A stretch of DNA of 64,000 nt from the NCBI GenBank assembly GCA_964247055.1, contig OZ176052.1, positions 1,798,001-1,862,000 of the forward strand. The letters run 5' to 3'. Under the pieces are notes generated by a model, which was not told the origin of the DNA, searched no databases, and worked only from the letters and a program-made list of their open reading frames with translations. This DNA is from Paragordius varius. Taxonomy: Eukaryota > Animalia > Nematomorpha. Of the stretch, positions 51,301 through 64,000 are shown in pieces; the first letter of the stretch is position 1; every line of letters begins with the position of its first letter. Both the position numbers and the translations under genes were made by a program.

Positions 51301-54300
51301 CATAAATAATATCTTATCATTATTTTTCAGTCAGTCAATTATTAAATGTAATTTTTTTCATTTTCCTTTCCTTAGAGTTCTTCAAGACCTTTATATTGGG
51401 ATCGAGTTTGAAAAATTACTAATTTTGGGTCAATCACTGCATTCATATGCCTTGTTTCATATACAAGCTTACCGAGATAAACATACAATAATCAGCAAAA
51501 AGGGTATTTATTATTCATTTTAATTATCATTTCCTTTTTTTAAAATATACCATTTAAAATAAAATAAATTATGTGTTTTCGGGTTAATATAACTCATTAT
51601 TAATAATAAATATATTCTTATAACATAGTTTTTTTATTTTTTCGATATTATATTAATTTTAAACCTGATTTCATTTTTTAAAAATATTTTAGTATAAGGG
51701 TAATTCTTAATCTTAAAAAACACATAATTTATTCGCAGGCGAATTTGAATTTTTCATGGGTATATCTGAACTATAAATGGTATATAACCGCTTTATAAAG
51801 CACTTGTACTACCAGAAACATCAAAGTCAAAGGCAGTTAATGAAAATCCTTTACAGGGGCATTATTCAAAACAACAGTCAAAAATGGAAAAATATTTTGA
51901 TTTATACCATATAAAATGGATCATCAGTCAAATATATGAGCTTTTACATCAAACACTAAAATCGGGGAGACCGTTGATACAAATCATGAATATTTGGCAA
52001 AATTTTTATCTTAAAACGATGAAACAGGTTGGAGAGAGAAATTTGAGCGTTTTTTTATGAATATAATATTCAAATAATAAGTAAAAATAAAAATCAGTAA
52101 AAATTATATTTACAGAATTTTTTATTAATTTATAATTTTTTAAAACAATGATGATTAAAAATAAAATTGGCATTTATAAATAAATTTAATACTCTTTTTC
52201 AATTGTAGAAACAGTATTTTTCTAAAAGCGATTTATATATTTTGATTAAATAATAAATCCATTTTTTGATATTATAATTTTGTACAAATTCTATACTATA
52301 GATGGTATATATGGGTTGGGAGATTGGTTGGGAATACTGTAAAACTGTATTAGATATTAACCAAAGGTTAATTGACGCTTTTAGTTCTACGTTTGCAGAA
52401 CAGCCAGGATTTCATATAAATCAAAAGGTAAATGTTAAAATAATTTATTCATATCTTTATAAAATGGGCGAATTCTAAAAATAATCATAATTGATATGTT
52501 TTTTAGATTTTTATGATTACAGTATACATTTTAATGGTTGCTTATTTACCACTACAGTAGGGCAATTTGCAACACAATAGTGTATGGAAAAAACAACGAA
52601 ATGGTGAATTAAGAATTATTTTCTTTCTTTTTTCCATACACTATTTTAATTGTTCAAGGGTGAATTTTAATTTTAAATGGTATATAATCGCTGCTTTGAA
52701 TTAATTCTACTAGAAACATCTAAATCAAAGCCAAGTTAATGAGATCCTGTACAAGGTCATTCAAAACAAGCGTTAAAAATGGAAAAATATTTTGATTTAC
52801 AGCAAAAACAGCTCATGAACTGAAAAGCTCATACCTTAAATGGAATAACTGTTTCGAAAAACATGGACTAAAAATAAACATAGAAAAGACGAAGGTAATG
52901 ATCACAGGTGATGAAAAAAGGACCTTAAAATACCCTTGTTCCATTTGTTACAACGAGGTTAGAACAAATTCCATTCTATGCACATCGTGTAAAATGTGGG
53001 TTCATAAAAAATGTTCTAACTTGAAAGGAAAATTGGTCGACAATAAAAATTTTAAATGCCAAAAATGTATATCAGGGAAACCAAACATCCCTAAATCAAG
53101 GGAGTTTAGTATCGAAGATTGTAGGTTCGAAATCGTCAACGATTTCACCTATTTAGGTAATATCAGTAATAATAATGGGGACCCTCAAACAACCATATCA
53201 CATAGAATCAAACTCGGCTGGGCAAAATTTAACCAACTCAAATATGTATTGACACATAAAGACATAACCGTAAAAAATAAAATCAAAATGTATAAAGTGG
53301 GTGTCCGCCCTACCCTTACCTACGCCAGCGAAACCTGGGCAATCACAAAAACATTAGAATCGAGATTGAAAAGAACGGAAGATAAAATGCTAAAATATAT
53401 GATGATAAATCCTACCATTGAACTAGAACCAATAACAGCTTTTATCAGAACAAATAGACTTCGGTATTTTGGACACATAGACAGATCCAGTATAGACTCA
53501 CCTGCAAAGGAAATTCTTGATTTACAGATTCCTGCCCCCAACCGTAAAGGGAGGCCTAAAACAACTTGGACTCAAATCATAGAACAAGACTTTAAATTCC
53601 TGAACATACCTCGAAACGCAACAAATGATAGAGACATATACCGTAAATTAATCCATGGAATCCCAATAACTGGGCCAAACCAATAATACCTATACACTCC
53701 TGTGTTGCAAATTGTCCTACTATAGTTTGAAATAACCAACCATTAAAATGCATACTATACTGAATATGATATTTTGCATATTTTATTATAATATTACTTA
53801 CTTATTATTAGATTATGTCCATATACTATGAATTTATGATATTGGCTTTGGATAATTCCCACATTACTTTGAATGAATCTTCTCCCCATCGCGTTGAAAG
53901 AAACAATATGTGTCGACAAAAATTTATGGCTAAGGTAGTAGGTCCATTCATTTTTGCATCTAAATTTTTTTTATTTTCTTTATAAAATAATTTTATACAA
54001 GTTATAAACTATATATAATATTCAAGATTAAGCTTAATTTTGACAAATTTTTAGCCGTTATTCATTAAAAATACCTTGGAATTCTATAATGCTTTTTACA
54101 TTACAAATAGATATTTGAACAAATTTACTCGATTATTATTGTCTCATCTCCGGCCCAACAACCTTCAGAGTTTGAAAACAGACCATTTATACCACATATT
54201 AATAATAAGACTAACAATACAGAACACAATTTAGGCTCAGGTCTAATTTCCATATTAACTTGCTTGAAATTATATGTAATTGCGTTTGTGGAAAAACACT

Positions 54301-57300
54301 GTAGTAAACTAAATTCGTATAATTTGAAAGAAAATTTAAGCTCACCTCATAGTTATATACCTAAGGGGTATGATTTAACCGCTCATGAATCTTCAACCAT
54401 ACTTATGTTAACTAAAGTATTAACTTTTCTTTCTGCCCATTTGGATACTTCAAACTTTGGCATTTGCAAAGAAGAAATTATAAAATGGTCTGAAAATTTA
54501 ATGGATTTCCTGAGTCGATTACTGCATTATGGCTATGTCCAAAATTTTGTATTTGACAATATTCCATATCTCTATTTCGGCGACAACACTAAAGATGTGG
54601 ATGGACAAGTTATTGAAAGTATATAATTTTTTGAAAATGAATTTCAAACAGCTTACTGTAAAACTCTCTGCGAATCTATATATGTAATGTAATTATGTTT
54701 GAAATGTTAAAAAAATTATTTTTTGCATTAACATATTGATAGGGATTGTTAGTACTCATGAAACACTTGCGCCAATATGCCATATATGGACACAGCTTTT
54801 CATAAATTTGTGCCGAAAATCATCAAATAATGTCTTACATTCGGATAACAAATCTTCAAATCACCTGCAAGAGTATGCAAATAAAGTTTAAATTTTTTTT
54901 GAATTATATTTAGACATTTTAATTTTTTCTTAATTTTTTCCATAGACTTTTAATTAATACACTTCGACAAAGACGCGAGCAATACTTGAAGAATCATATA
55001 AAATCGCAATCTGTAAACAACATAGATTTTATTGCATTTTCTACCCTAATTACTGATTATGACGATATATTTATGGTAATTTTTAGAACTGGTTTTAAAT
55101 TTTTTCATGAATGTTTCACCTTATTAAAAGGATATATATAATTTATTAGCCAAATATTATTACTGCAAACTCACCCGATAACGCTAGAATTGATAAATCG
55201 GATTTATGTTTCAATCCAAATGCAAATTTTACCATATCGAATTCCAACTCAAAATTTTTGGATCGTATCTTTGATTTACCTCTAAATCAATATTATTCTC
55301 AAGCCAAAACTAACAAGGCAAAACACAATGGTATGTTGAATATTTTTTAAAGAATATTTTATATTTTTTACATATTTTCAAAATTTTACTAATATGTTCT
55401 TTAGATCATGAATCCATATTCGAGATGATTGGGCAAGATTTGTTACAACAAGGCACTAACGATAATAACGAGTTATTAATTAATACATATCTCGTCAACA
55501 TTTATATGGTCGCATTTGGCAAACTAAATGATTGTATTATATCTGACACATTTTCACACAATAATATAAATATGAATAAGGATGATATATCCCAAGGTGT
55601 TACAATATCCAAAAACGGCGAAAAAATGTATAAGAATTACATAGCAAGTCGTGTGGAAAATGTTAAAAGCTTACTTGCAATCTTAACTGATTCGCTCTTA
55701 AAGATAACTGACAAATATTTCGTAAATGAGAAGAAAATACTGAATAGAGAGTTTCAAAAATTTCAACCAGAGATTAAGGAAGCCATCAACAGCTGTTTAG
55801 AGCTAAATTCCCAATTATTAAGCACATATACATTGGCTGTATGCAATGATCGGAGTTTTGCTTTTACAGCGTTTTGCATAAGTAGTTTAAGGTACTTTTT
55901 TATTTTCGTAAATTTTAAACATCAAAATAAATTATAATAAATTTCTTTTTGCAAAATGACTGATATTTTGTGCATAAATAGTATAGTTTTTCCGCGTGAA
56001 TATAATATTTACATGAAAAACGCTTTTTTAGATTTAATTATGTTGAAATTTATGTTTAATAAAACAAAAAGTTTTATTTTTAAATTTTTTGGAACAAAAA
56101 AATACTTTTTATATGGGTGGGAACTTTATATTTATAAATAGGTTTTTTTTAGTAAAGTATTTTGAGCAGTATAATATTCCACAAATAATTTAATTTAACC
56201 CTAGTTACCGGTTAAAATTTTCTTTTTTATGCTTTCTCTCATTTCAATAAATATATATATTCCACCATTTAGACACTATTTATTTCAATGGTCATCATCG
56301 TTTTTTAACACTGCAATATTGTCCAACACCCATCCTGATTTTCCTTTAGTGTCCAATAAAAATATAAGTTCCACCAATATAATAAACATTGATAATTTTG
56401 ACAAAAAACTTTTGATTGATCAAATTTTGTTGTGTCTTTCGGCTTGTCAAAACCATTTATTGCATAAATGTCAATTGATTACAATCATTTTTGAACCGGG
56501 AAATTGGAATATGAATGGGAATGAATTAAATTTCGATATACATCTGGGTGTTTTAAAGCATACCACCAACAAACGACAAAAAATATTACCAGTTGACCAT
56601 AATAATAATTTTGAGAATTTATCGTGTGATGATAGTAGAACAATAGTTAAAGGAGGAAATAAATGGGTTAAACGTGAAACAAAGTTACGAATGGATATGA
56701 TAAAAGAGGTGATATACAATTATGATATTTCATTTTATATATTTTTAAGACACCTAAAAATGTTTAAAATTAAAATCATTTGGACAGTAAAACTTGAAAA
56801 ATTATAAAGACAAATATTTTTTTCTTAAAGACAAACATGCTTTCTAAATCTTGATATTAATATAAATCATTGTTTTAAACTGCAAAATATAGAGATGTAT
56901 ATTAATAACACAATCAATTATGCATTTTATGATTGTAATTAATTAATTTATATAGGAAAAATTAAGCTTTAAAAAAGTATTGTTTTTTAAAAAAATTTGT
57001 TTTTATATTTTTACGTTTTGTCCGTATTATAATTACAATTTTTACTGTTCTCATAAAAAAAGCTTAATTTAATGTTTATATTAAAATCCAAATTTTTATA
57101 ATGATAAAAATATTTTGTGATGTTACATAATTAGGTATTTTATTTTGACAATGAAAACTCGGTCATAAAAAGTGCTAATTTACCAGCAAATACTACACAT
57201 AACGATTCTCCTAAGTTGGATGAAATTATAAGTATATCCGCATCAGGCAAATACACTGATTTAAAGTATTTACCTTTATTATTACGTTATTTTTAACGTT

Positions 57301-60300
57301 TTTTTTAATTTTGATTTTGATTTTGATCAAAAAGCTAGTAAAAATTAAACTTATATTGTTGCCTCAATTCAAGGAAATAAAATATATGTATAGCGTGCTT
57401 TAACACAAAATTTTCTGTAAATTACAAAAATAATTCTAGAGATTTATGATATATAATTATGTTTATTCATTTCCCCATATTTTTTTATTGCGGTTCTTAG
57501 ATTTACAGTGTACATTGAAGAGTTTGTTAATTCATTACTGGCAACGTGGTTATATACCCAACTATTGGGTGATTTAGCCTTAAAACTTTGTCAAAGTCAT
57601 TACATAATAAATACGGCGCATTTAAACACTGTACCCAGTCAAGTCAATCTTTTCATTGATCGCAAACAAGGGGGCTTAACTTTAAATAAGAATATGAATA
57701 TATCGAAAGGATTGATTAAAGCATCCAGATCAAATCACGAATGTTATGATAGAAAATTATTAAAGTAAGGAGTTTTTATAATGACTTAAAAAAAATAGTA
57801 ATTTGCCATTTTCCGTAATAATATATAATTTTGCTTTTATCTTGGTCCTAGATAACAAGTATGGTTATTTAAAGTTTGCAATATTGTTACAAATGACTTT
57901 ATATAGCTGAAACTTTTTATGATATTCTATTTTTTTTTCAAATTACTTAATATTCGAAAAAAATAGCAATCTGCCATGATTCTAAAATGTTATTGTGATA
58001 TTTTAGTTGTTAACTAATAAGTAACTTAAAAAATAATTTTTTGCACAAATTATATATATTGTAATGTAATTATCAAAACGCCATATGTTTATATATATAT
58101 TACCTCTTATTTTTAGTTTTTTACTGCATGCGCTAACCCAAACATACCATTTAACATGTGCGTTTGATCGAAGACCTGGTCTCAAATTTTTACTTAAGCG
58201 TTGCTTTTATATTCATCAATCCCAAATAATATCCGCTAAAAATAGTAAGGACAATCTTAACCATAAAAATAGCGGCAATCCATATGAAAGTGTCCAAAAT
58301 TCTAATCAATCCTACTCAAAGAGTAATTTAGAAAATACTGAATCAACAATTATTTTACCCAATCTATATAGGGTTGGAAGTTTAGCATTTGCTTACTATG
58401 GATTAATTTTATTCCACCTGTCTGTTAAAAGGTATCTTTGAATTATTATTCTAACAAAAAATATTTTTTCCAATTTAATATCAACATAAGAAGACACCAA
58501 AATATAAACTATATTTAGTTAATTTGTCAAATTTTATTTAATGTCCGTATACTAATTTTATGATCATTTTTTTCGTAAGTATAACTAAATAAATAATTAA
58601 TATTTTAATAATTTGCTCTCATTACCATATATTCTCAGAAACGATATTAATGGTCTTACAAACGGGAACTTGAATGATGATTGCAAATTATTTTTGAGTT
58701 TTTTGGATTCTCTCCTCACATTTTATTGTGTGCTCAATAACCAAGAAATTAAGTAATTATCTAAATAACCAATATAAAAATTTATTTTTCACTATTCTCG
58801 CTTTGATTCAATTAAGTTAATTCTAGTTAATATATTTATTGATGGACAATTAATAAGTTTTTTCTATATGACGACGTTTAGTATTTATAACCCTATAAAA
58901 TTTAAGTCAATTATCATATTAATAATTTATATCTAGTTTTCCAAAACAGAAAGAAGGTTTAAGTTAAGTTGCGTGAAAATCGAGAAATTTATACACTTTA
59001 CTTTTCTGAGTATGCTGTAAGAAACTATAAACTATAGAGTTGTAGTAATGCTTGTTAAAATAATATTATTTCCTTTTGGTGGACTCTTTTCTATTATAAC
59101 TGACTGATTTAAGAATCAATATTGGCGATAAAATTTAATTTTTTTACCATACAAAGAGATTAGAATCTATAAACACGCTATGAATTCTTGCAAAAGTCAT
59201 AAATTATAAGAAACGACAATATAGGTCAAAATTACATTACAGTAAAAACTGAAATTATACGGATAAAACCTAAAAATATAAATTAATTTTCTCAAAGACA
59301 ACCATACTTTTTTAAACTTCATTTTTAAAAAGATAACTCATTGTTTTAAATTTTAAAGTATAAAAAATGATATGAATATTGGTTACACAATCAATTATAT
59401 ATGTTACAATCGTAATTATATAATTTATATGAGAAAATTAAGGTTTATAAAAGTATGGTTGTCTTTTGAAAAAAAATTATTGTCTTTATATTTAACATTT
59501 AGTCCGTATAATTTCAAATTTTACTCTATAGTTACCATCCATTATTAATAGAAAATCATCTTTAAAGAAAAACAATACGAATGAAAATAAACGCTTTAGT
59601 AATTCTACCACACCATTGACATTTGCCAATCTTTTTTCCAACACTCCCGCCCCTTCAAATAAAAATATTACATTGTCAAACATAACTACAACACACGGAA
59701 TAAAATCTTCGATTTCCACCAATAAAAGATTGGATAAAAATCAAAAACAACCAATAATACGAAAACAGAAAAGCCTTAATTTGGAACAGGAAACAAGCCC
59801 TGTCGTAAACATTCAACATTTTGATAAATTTATCATGCAACACCATCCTCGACAAATTGAAAGTCATTTGGATTCTTTGCAAAAGGTATTTGACACAAAA
59901 TTATTAATATATATTTTAATTTCCTTTAAATAGAATTATAGGTGAATTTTGCTAATTTGCAAATTTTTAAAGGGCTTTTCAAGAAAGTAATTTTTATTTT
60001 TCAAAAAATTTATCGAAAACACCGTTTTCGCTTTTTTAATTTTTTTTACTAAAAAAACCATCACCTCTAAAGACATTTTTAATCCCCATAATCTATTTAA
60101 CTTTTGTTGGTTATATTTTAAATTTATTATAATTAGGACAATGAAATGCACAAATGTATATGGATGAAAATTACGTTTGCTTTCTTGGAACTTTTAGTTA
60201 AGGAGAAAATACATTTATCAGACATACTTGTTAATCAATTAAGCCTCTTGTTTCAACGATTCACTTATATCACTGATTTCTCACATTATTTCAAAATGAT

Positions 60301-60313
60301 TATTGTCAATTAA
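35625..60313 (+). CDS. ARFGEF3: ARFGEF3/BIG3-like copy B; complete, 39 exons
   Basis: Exon 1 35625-35697 (MDDIFKKVLEFLPGSNNDILKAIE ~ BIG3 MEEILRKLQKEASGSKYKAIKES), then 36971-37049, 37600-37678, 37764-37952, 38556-38627, 39636-39883, 40236-40352, 40627-40791, 41267-41403, 41819-42161, 42712-42893, 43535-43681, 43924-44214, 44534-44706, 45669-45828, 46712-46881, 47135-47294, 47753-47902, 48312-48671, 48934-49030, 49259-49594, 49923-50054, 50555-50848, 51376-51503, 51816-52027, 52302-52427, 53812-53934, 54111-54618, 54743-54872, 54946-55075, 55150-55330, 55405-55891, 56273-56708, 57135-57265, 57501-57764, 58117-58431, 58639-58752, 59552-59885, 60137-60313 (TAA). All exon length differences from copy A are multiples of 3 and I found no premature stop. 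Confidence 0.85.
36301..36351. repeat. (TA)n microsatellite, about 25 units
   Basis: Uninterrupted AT dinucleotide run in copy B intron 1. Confidence 0.95.
36410..36701. mobile_element. MITE family P2 copy in ARFGEF3 copy B intron 1
   Basis: TA|CAGTAAATATTGAAATTATACGGACAAAA ... TTTTTACTG|TA. Confidence 0.75.
38694..39385 (+). mobile_element. 5'-truncated RTE-clade non-LTR retrotransposon fragment (intron 5, copy B only)
   Basis: Encodes ..EIVNDFTYLG..RIKLGWAKF..VRPTLTYASETW..; frameshift near 39170; ends CCAATAATACC; flanked by TAAAC (38689-38693 / 39386-39390). Absent at the copy A site near 1340. Confidence 0.92.
45034..45565. mobile_element. TA-flanked MITE with 21-bp subterminal repeats (intron 14, copy B only)
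   Basis: Ends TACCATTTGCAC..AAGAGTGTCC / GGACACTCTT..GTGCAAATAGTA; internal ttgaacacttcaagttggtcc-type repeats mirrored at the right end; TA on both sides. Absent near 7580 in copy A. Confidence 0.85.
47947..48226. mobile_element. hAT-Charlie-type MITE in ARFGEF3 intron 18 (copy B)
   Basis: Same TIRs and position as 9889-10162. Confidence 0.85.
52643..52799 (+). other. Host-derived ARFGEF3 intron 24/exon 25 fragment fused to the 5' end of the RTE insertion
   Basis: Aligns with 13660-13826 (copy A) and 51760-51905 (copy B). The fragment plus LINE are bracketed by ATACACT at 52636-52642 and 53692-53698; the copy A empty site is ccATATACTcc near 14495. Confidence 0.88.
52800..53691 (+). mobile_element. 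5'-truncated RTE-clade LINE fragment with PHD-like finger (intron 26, copy B only)
   Basis: Open frame ..GLKINIEKTKVM-ITG..CSIC..CTSCKMWVHKKC..CQKC (C4HC3) ..FTYLG..LTYASETW..RLRYFGHI..RKGRPKTTW; same 3' end as 38694-39385. Confidence 0.95.
59240..59526. mobile_element. MITE family P2 copy in copy B intron 37
   Basis: TA|CAGTAAAAACTGAAATTATACGGA ... TCCGTATAATTTCAAATTTTACTC|TA. No counterpart seen in copy A intron 37. Confidence 0.75.
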
Positions 60314-62869
60314 TATTATGTATTTTAAATGTATATTTAAAACTGTTTTGTTAAATAAATATATATTGTGTTATCAGAATCTAATATGCCAACGAAAAAT
60401 TGAGCCTTTTTTAATAACCTAATTAACTTAAATATACTATTTACACCTCAAATTTACCCTTGATCATTGTAAATTCACCCTAAAAATTAATTATATTTTT
60501 GGGCATTAATTTGTCTCAGTGTTGATGTGAAATTTTTCTTTATTATGTAGTTTATCATATTTTTCAAGATTACGTCAATTATAACGAAACTTATTTTTCT
60601 TTGAATCACAAAATATAGGTATTTTTTATTTTTATAACATTTTGTTTTTAATTTGAAATCTTTGGGTCAATTTGAATCGTTCAAGGGTGAATTTAAAATG
60701 TTCAGGGGTGAACTCGAGGTGTTATTGGTATATATAACCAGCACAGTAAAAATTGAAATTATGCGGACAAAACGTTAAAGACAAATTTTTTTTTCAAAAG
60801 ACAACCATATCTTTTTAAACCATAATTTATCCTTTAAAATCATTTAATTACAATATGTCCATATTTTGTATACAAGTTTAAAAAAATCAGTTATTATTAA
60901 AAGAAGAAAATTAAAAAGTGTGTTGTCTTTTGGAAAATAATATTAGTGTTTATATTTTTACGTTTTGTCCCTATTATTTCAATTTTTACTGTATATTATT
61001 GAATTTAAAAGGGCTTTAAACCTAGCAAAGACACCGCACTAAAAATAATTATTGGTGCAAAGTTTTTGTGAATTGGTCTACCTTGTTGTGAAAATTACCC
61101 TTTTTAGGTTTGTGTTAAATTTTGATTTTTGCATGTAAAGATATTAAAAATTTTATTTTTTCCCATAAAGCTTACACTAAACCGTAAAAAATTTGTGACA
61201 AATGTCCCATGCATTCTATTTCGATATGATTTTAACAGAATTATTTGCCATATGGATGAAGTTCATCTTATCTTCTTATAATTAAAAAATAAGTTTTTGC
61301 ACAATATTTATATGTAGAATGAGCCAGATTTTGACTATGGTTTGCTATAAGGGGTTATATATATATAATTCTTTGCATGGCATAATTTAGCGTAAAAAAG
61401 CAAAACTTTAAGAACTCATTGAAAGTCAGTTTTTTTTATTATAAATCTATCGAATCAATTTGGGCTTGACCAATTTAGAAATAGGATTGGATAAAAAGCT
61501 CCAAAAACTTTTATAAATTTTCCGCGTTAATTTTTTGGACTATTTAAATTATGGCCGAACTTTTTTTAGTATACATTATGCATTTTAATGGTTGCTTATT
61601 TTTACACTATATGTAGATGGGCAATTTCCAACACAGTATTGTATGGAAAAACAATAAAATGTTGAATAACAATTATTTCCTGTTTTTTTCCATACGTTCA
61701 CTATAGTGTGTAATAAGCAACCATTAAAATGCATACTGGTATATATCTTTCTAAGTTTAACGTATTTCAAAATACAAGGCAGCATCCAACCATGCAAAGA
61801 TGTTTTTAAAAACAGATGCCGTGCCAAGATAAATAGGAAAATGGAGGGTTTACCTACATAAGTTTATATGTTTTTGCCATAGAAAAAAGGCCGTTATATT
61901 ATTTTAACATTTTTTTCCTTTTTACAATACATATTCAAATTGATCGTTTTGATATATTTAATATTTTTACCACAAAAAGAATATTTTTATAAGATATTAT
62001 CATAACCATTTATAGGACTCAATGAGAATATGCATTTAAAACAATAATTTGACTGATGTTTTGGAATCGAATTCGCAATTTTTTGATTCCGGGGGTTGCA
62101 TTAAGATATAAAAACAGTTCTTGATCAAATGATTTGGGAAGTCGCTTTAAAGTTTAATTCTGGTTCATTATTTTTGTTAATAATAATTGGGTTTCATTTT
62201 TTGCCACCATTCTCATTAAGATAGTTGCCTTTCGTTAAAGGTAATAAAATTAACTATTGCTAAGTATTTTACATTTGGAATTGAAATTTCCTTTTTTAAC
62301 ATATTTTTCATTATTGGGAACACTAATTTTATTTTACTTTGTATAAAATAATTCACTACGTTTCTATTATTTTCTTTACCTTATTTTGATTTCTTTTGAG
62401 TTGTCTTAACCTATAGATATCTATTTCAAGAGTAAAAATAAAATTATCCTTATTTTCTTAATATAGACATAAAAATACCATAAACAAATGTTAAAAATAG
62501 GGTAACAAAATTTAAATTTTAAACAATGATTATTTCAAAATTAAAATATTTGTTTTTAGAGAACGATACCGTGGATAAAACGATTTATAAAAAAACTAAT
62601 AGCTCCGGTTCTATATAAACGGTTTCGTTTGAATCCCGATATAAATTCTATTGTAATTTTGAGAATCTTTTAAACAAAAGAAAATTCAAACTAATTGCAC
62701 TCCAATCTTAGTTCCGATTTTAAACTAACTCGATGTTTAATAGACATCCAAAACTGAATATATCATATAAATATATAATTATCAAATCAAAAAAATTTAT
62801 TTACAATATTGTAATAATAACAAAATCATTAACTAAATACATATATTAAAAACATTATCATAAAAGATG

Positions 62870-64000
62870 TTTAAAGGATTTTGGTTGAAGGGTAGGTAAA
62901 TGTAAGTTGTGTGAAAATATAAATCAGAGATGTGTTGAGTTTGAGAAGATATATGTAAGGTGAGGTGTGATGATAAATGTTAGGATATTTTGTAGGAAGG
63001 AGAGAGTTTAAAGATGTGTTGATGTAAGTTAAGAGAATATTGGAATAATTAATAAAATAAAAAATATCAAATATAAAAAATGAAAATGCTAAAAAAGTAA
63101 ATAGGAGAGGTGTGATGTAATGGGTGTGTGAGATGTAAGGTGATGTTTAATGCGACGATAAATGTTAGGAGATTTCGTAAAGATAGGGATGTAATGTAAG
63201 GGAATATAAATTAAGGGAATATAAATTAAAAATATTTTTATATAAATAAAAAGTATCCAAAAATGAGATTTGATGAGTTTGAGGATGTAATTGTAAGGTG
63301 AGATGTGATGATAAATGTTAGGTATATATATAACATAAAAATATATTCACATATGTTAAAAAGTATCCAAAAGTGTTTAGTTTGAGAATGTCAATGTAAG
63401 GTGAGGTGTGAAGATAAATGTTAGGTATATCGTAAGGATAAGGGAATTCGAAGTAAAAATATATTCATATATAATAAGAAGTGTCCAAAAATGAGATTTG
63501 ATGAGGTTGATGATGTATATGTAAGGTGAGGTGATTTTGTTAGATAGGGTAAAGCAAGGGAATATGGGAATATAAAATGAGGGAATATAAAGTAAAAATA
63601 TATTAATATATTATAAAAAGTATCCAAAAATGAGATTTTTGATGATGTATATGTAAGGTGAGGTGCGATGTAATGGTAAATGGTAGGTGATTTTGTAAAG
63701 ATAGGGATTTAAGGGAATGTGGGAATATAAATAAATAAAATCAAAAAATATTAATCAAATATAAAAATATAGTGAAATAAAGAGTAAATTGGAGAGAGGT
63801 GATGTGTGGGTGGGTGAATGAGATGTAAGGTGAGCGTTTAATCAGAGGTGATTTTGTAAGTGTGTTGATGTAAATTAAGGTAATATAGGAATAAAATTTA
63901 AATAAAATAAAAAATAAATCCATTTATGGTATAAAGAATATAGTATCCAAAAATAATGTAGAGAAATGTGATGAGTTTGTTGTATGTAAGGTAAGATGAG
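62870..64000 (-). repeat. Second copy of the G-skewed array (truncated by the window edge)
   Basis: Colinear with 23290-24670, with the same modules and local unit gains/losses. Confidence 0.9.

Larger units (their letters stand above)
37404..64000 (+). repeat. Tandem/segmental duplication, unit B (runs off the right edge)
   Basis: Colinear with 29-24670. Similarity probably extends further left to exon 1 at 35625, but the unit-A counterpart lies outside the window. Confidence 0.97.

Noticed and set aside
52714-53686. In-frame ARFGEF3-exon/RTE fusion protein
   Set aside because: The captured exon piece is frameshifted (TAA soon after the acceptor), and the RTE frame has a TGA just upstream of the junction.

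Overview
Very AT-rich, intron-dense animal (invertebrate-type) genomic DNA; the organism cannot be named from sequence alone. Most of the window is a direct tandem duplication: about 29-24,670 recurs at about 37,404-64,000. Each copy holds a highly divergent ARFGEF3/BIG3-like gene of 39 exons (about 2,640 aa). I could thread an open, phase-consistent exon chain through both copies. Copy A lacks exons 1-2, which lie left of the window; copy B is complete at 35,625-60,313. Facing copy A tail-to-tail is a small minus-strand multi-exon gene (25,251-29,816, 5' exon not found) that the ORF track largely misses. It encodes a Trp/Cys amphipathic N-terminal segment, two duplicated RVxF-type PP1-docking modules and a C-terminal ETRV PDZ ligand. 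Its inferred 3' UTR of about 2 kb is an almost G-free repeat array ending in a 67-bp block identical in both duplicates (CPE-like, Pumilio-like and AAUAAA motifs). Mobile DNA includes a full-length decayed hAT (Blackjack-like) element carrying an internal inverted copy of its transposase, two near-identical RTE LINE 3' fragments found only in copy B (one chimeric with a host intron/exon piece), and several MITE families. No rRNA, tRNA or CRISPR array is supported. All homology calls come from my recollection of protein families, not from database searches.
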